Made by a program: the position numbers and the translations under genes
The notes under the pieces: generated by a model
What the model was told of the DNA's origin: nothing
What the model saw: only the letters and a program-made list of their open reading frames with translations
Database searches by the model: none
Shown here: in pieces, positions 62,942 through 64,000 of the stretch
Layout of the letters: every line of letters begins with the position of its first letter
Numbering within the stretch: the first letter of the stretch is position 1
Assembly (NCBI GenBank): GCA_964016885.1
Contig: OZ024746.1
Coordinates: 49,600,001-49,664,000 of the forward strand
Length of the DNA: 64,000 nt
Direction: 5' to 3'
Source of the DNA: Eledone cirrhosa
Taxonomy: Eukaryota

Positions 62942-63730
62942 TTGAACTCCTGTAAAAACCCACCCACTAACCCTCTACTGGACGCCTTTGAACAGGACTT
63001 ACTTAAGATGGTCATGAATACTAAATATAAGAAGTTCAAAACCAATAAGCTTCATAAAGACATAGATACCTTTCTAAACAAGCTGCGCACTACTAACGGG
63101 ATTATTGTCAAAGCGGATAAAACATCTAACGTGTACACAATGGACATTAATACCTACCACGACCTTATACGGAAGGAATTACATAAAAAATATAAGAAAA
63201 CCAATAACCAAGCACTACTTAACATCAACAAACAAGCACACCATATCGTCAAAAGTCTAGAACTTGAAGATAGAACTGAGCCCATGACAACTTGCACCCC
63301 CACCTTTAATCTTAAGGACCACAAATTAGATTTCCTAGATAAACCCACAATTAGATTAATATGCCCTTCGAAGTCAGACATAGGTAAAATTAGCAAGCAT
63401 ATCTTAGATAGAATAATAATACAATTAAGGAATAAACTAGTTATTAAACTTTGGGACAATACTAGCGACACAATTAAATGGTTTAATAGTATAGATAACA
63501 AAAATACCTCTAACTTTATAAAATTCGACATTAATGACTATTACTCCTCCATATCACCCGATACTCTAAACAAGGCACTAGCATTTGCGAAAGCCAACTC
63601 TGACTTAACCGACGACGAAATAAACATTAACCTAGCAGCTAGAAAGACGATAATTAAATTTGAAAATAACTTTTGGGTACGTTAGGATAGAATAGATAAC
63701 TTTGACATAACTATGGGTGCTAATGACTCA
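62942..63730 (+). pseudogene. PLE RT N-half (inverted), with TAG stop at 63683-63685
   Basis: VKADKTSNVY, LKDHKLDF..PTIRLICPSKSDIGKISK and FDINDYYSSI, then FWVR*DRIDNFDITMGANDS. Confidence 0.9.
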
Positions 63731-64000
63731 AAATAAAACAAAACGAAGCACCCAAATAAAAAAACGGACCCCCCATAAAAAATGGGCACCCAAATAAAAA
63801 ACGGGATACCCAAATAAAAAACGGGGAACCCGAATAAAAATCGGTGCACCCAAATAAAAAAACGGGACACCCAAATAAAAATCGGGGCACCAAAATAAAA
63901 AAAACGGGGCACCCAAATAAAAAAACGGCACCCCCCATAAAAAATAGGCACCCAAATAAAAAACGGGCACCTAAATAAAAAACGAGGCACCCAAATAAAA
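63731..64000. repeat. ~20-21-bp minisatellite (GCACCCAAATAAAAAACGG variants), runs off the window
   Basis: About 13 degenerate tandem units. Confidence 0.9.

Larger units (their letters stand above)
61119..63730 (-). mobile_element. Naiad-like PLE with an inverted 5' half; 3' UTR ends at (TA)n
   Basis: RT C-half and GIY-YIG lie on the minus strand, RT N-half on the plus strand. Confidence 0.85.

Noticed and set aside
61545-63730. Selenoprotein-type Naiad element
   Set aside because: No in-frame TGA. Cys codons are ordinary and the only internal stop is TAG.
63731-64000. CRISPR-like array
   Set aside because: Contiguous degenerate units without unique spacers, in a eukaryotic context with no cas genes.

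Overview
AT-rich, microsatellite-saturated eukaryotic DNA, most likely cephalopod (octopus-like, inferred from the SINE families). I could not confidently identify any host protein-coding gene; almost all listed ORFs are microsatellite artefacts. The real coding remnants are retroelements: four Penelope-like element (PLE) pieces (two Naiad-like, two related GIY-YIG PLEs of unresolved clade), a 5'-truncated L1/Tx1 LINE in a (GATA)n-type tract, internally deleted RTE elements in (ACAT)n, and decayed CR1-like LINEs, plus three tRNA-type SINE families. The main unexplained signal is about 30 type I hammerhead-ribozyme (HHR) motifs from about 17 sequence families, found by eye. Several have non-canonical cores (U4C, U4A, U3/A8). 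They lie in short non-coding modules that are almost always embedded in (TA)n tracts. These modules take two forms: head-to-head palindromes with one long and one short arm, or 1.1-2.6-unit tandem arrays of 480-630 bp whose 3' ends fall at an internal TATA-like motif. The pattern suggests a microsatellite-primed PLE/retrozyme system, possibly copying circular RNA templates. All structures were folded manually and need computational and experimental confirmation.
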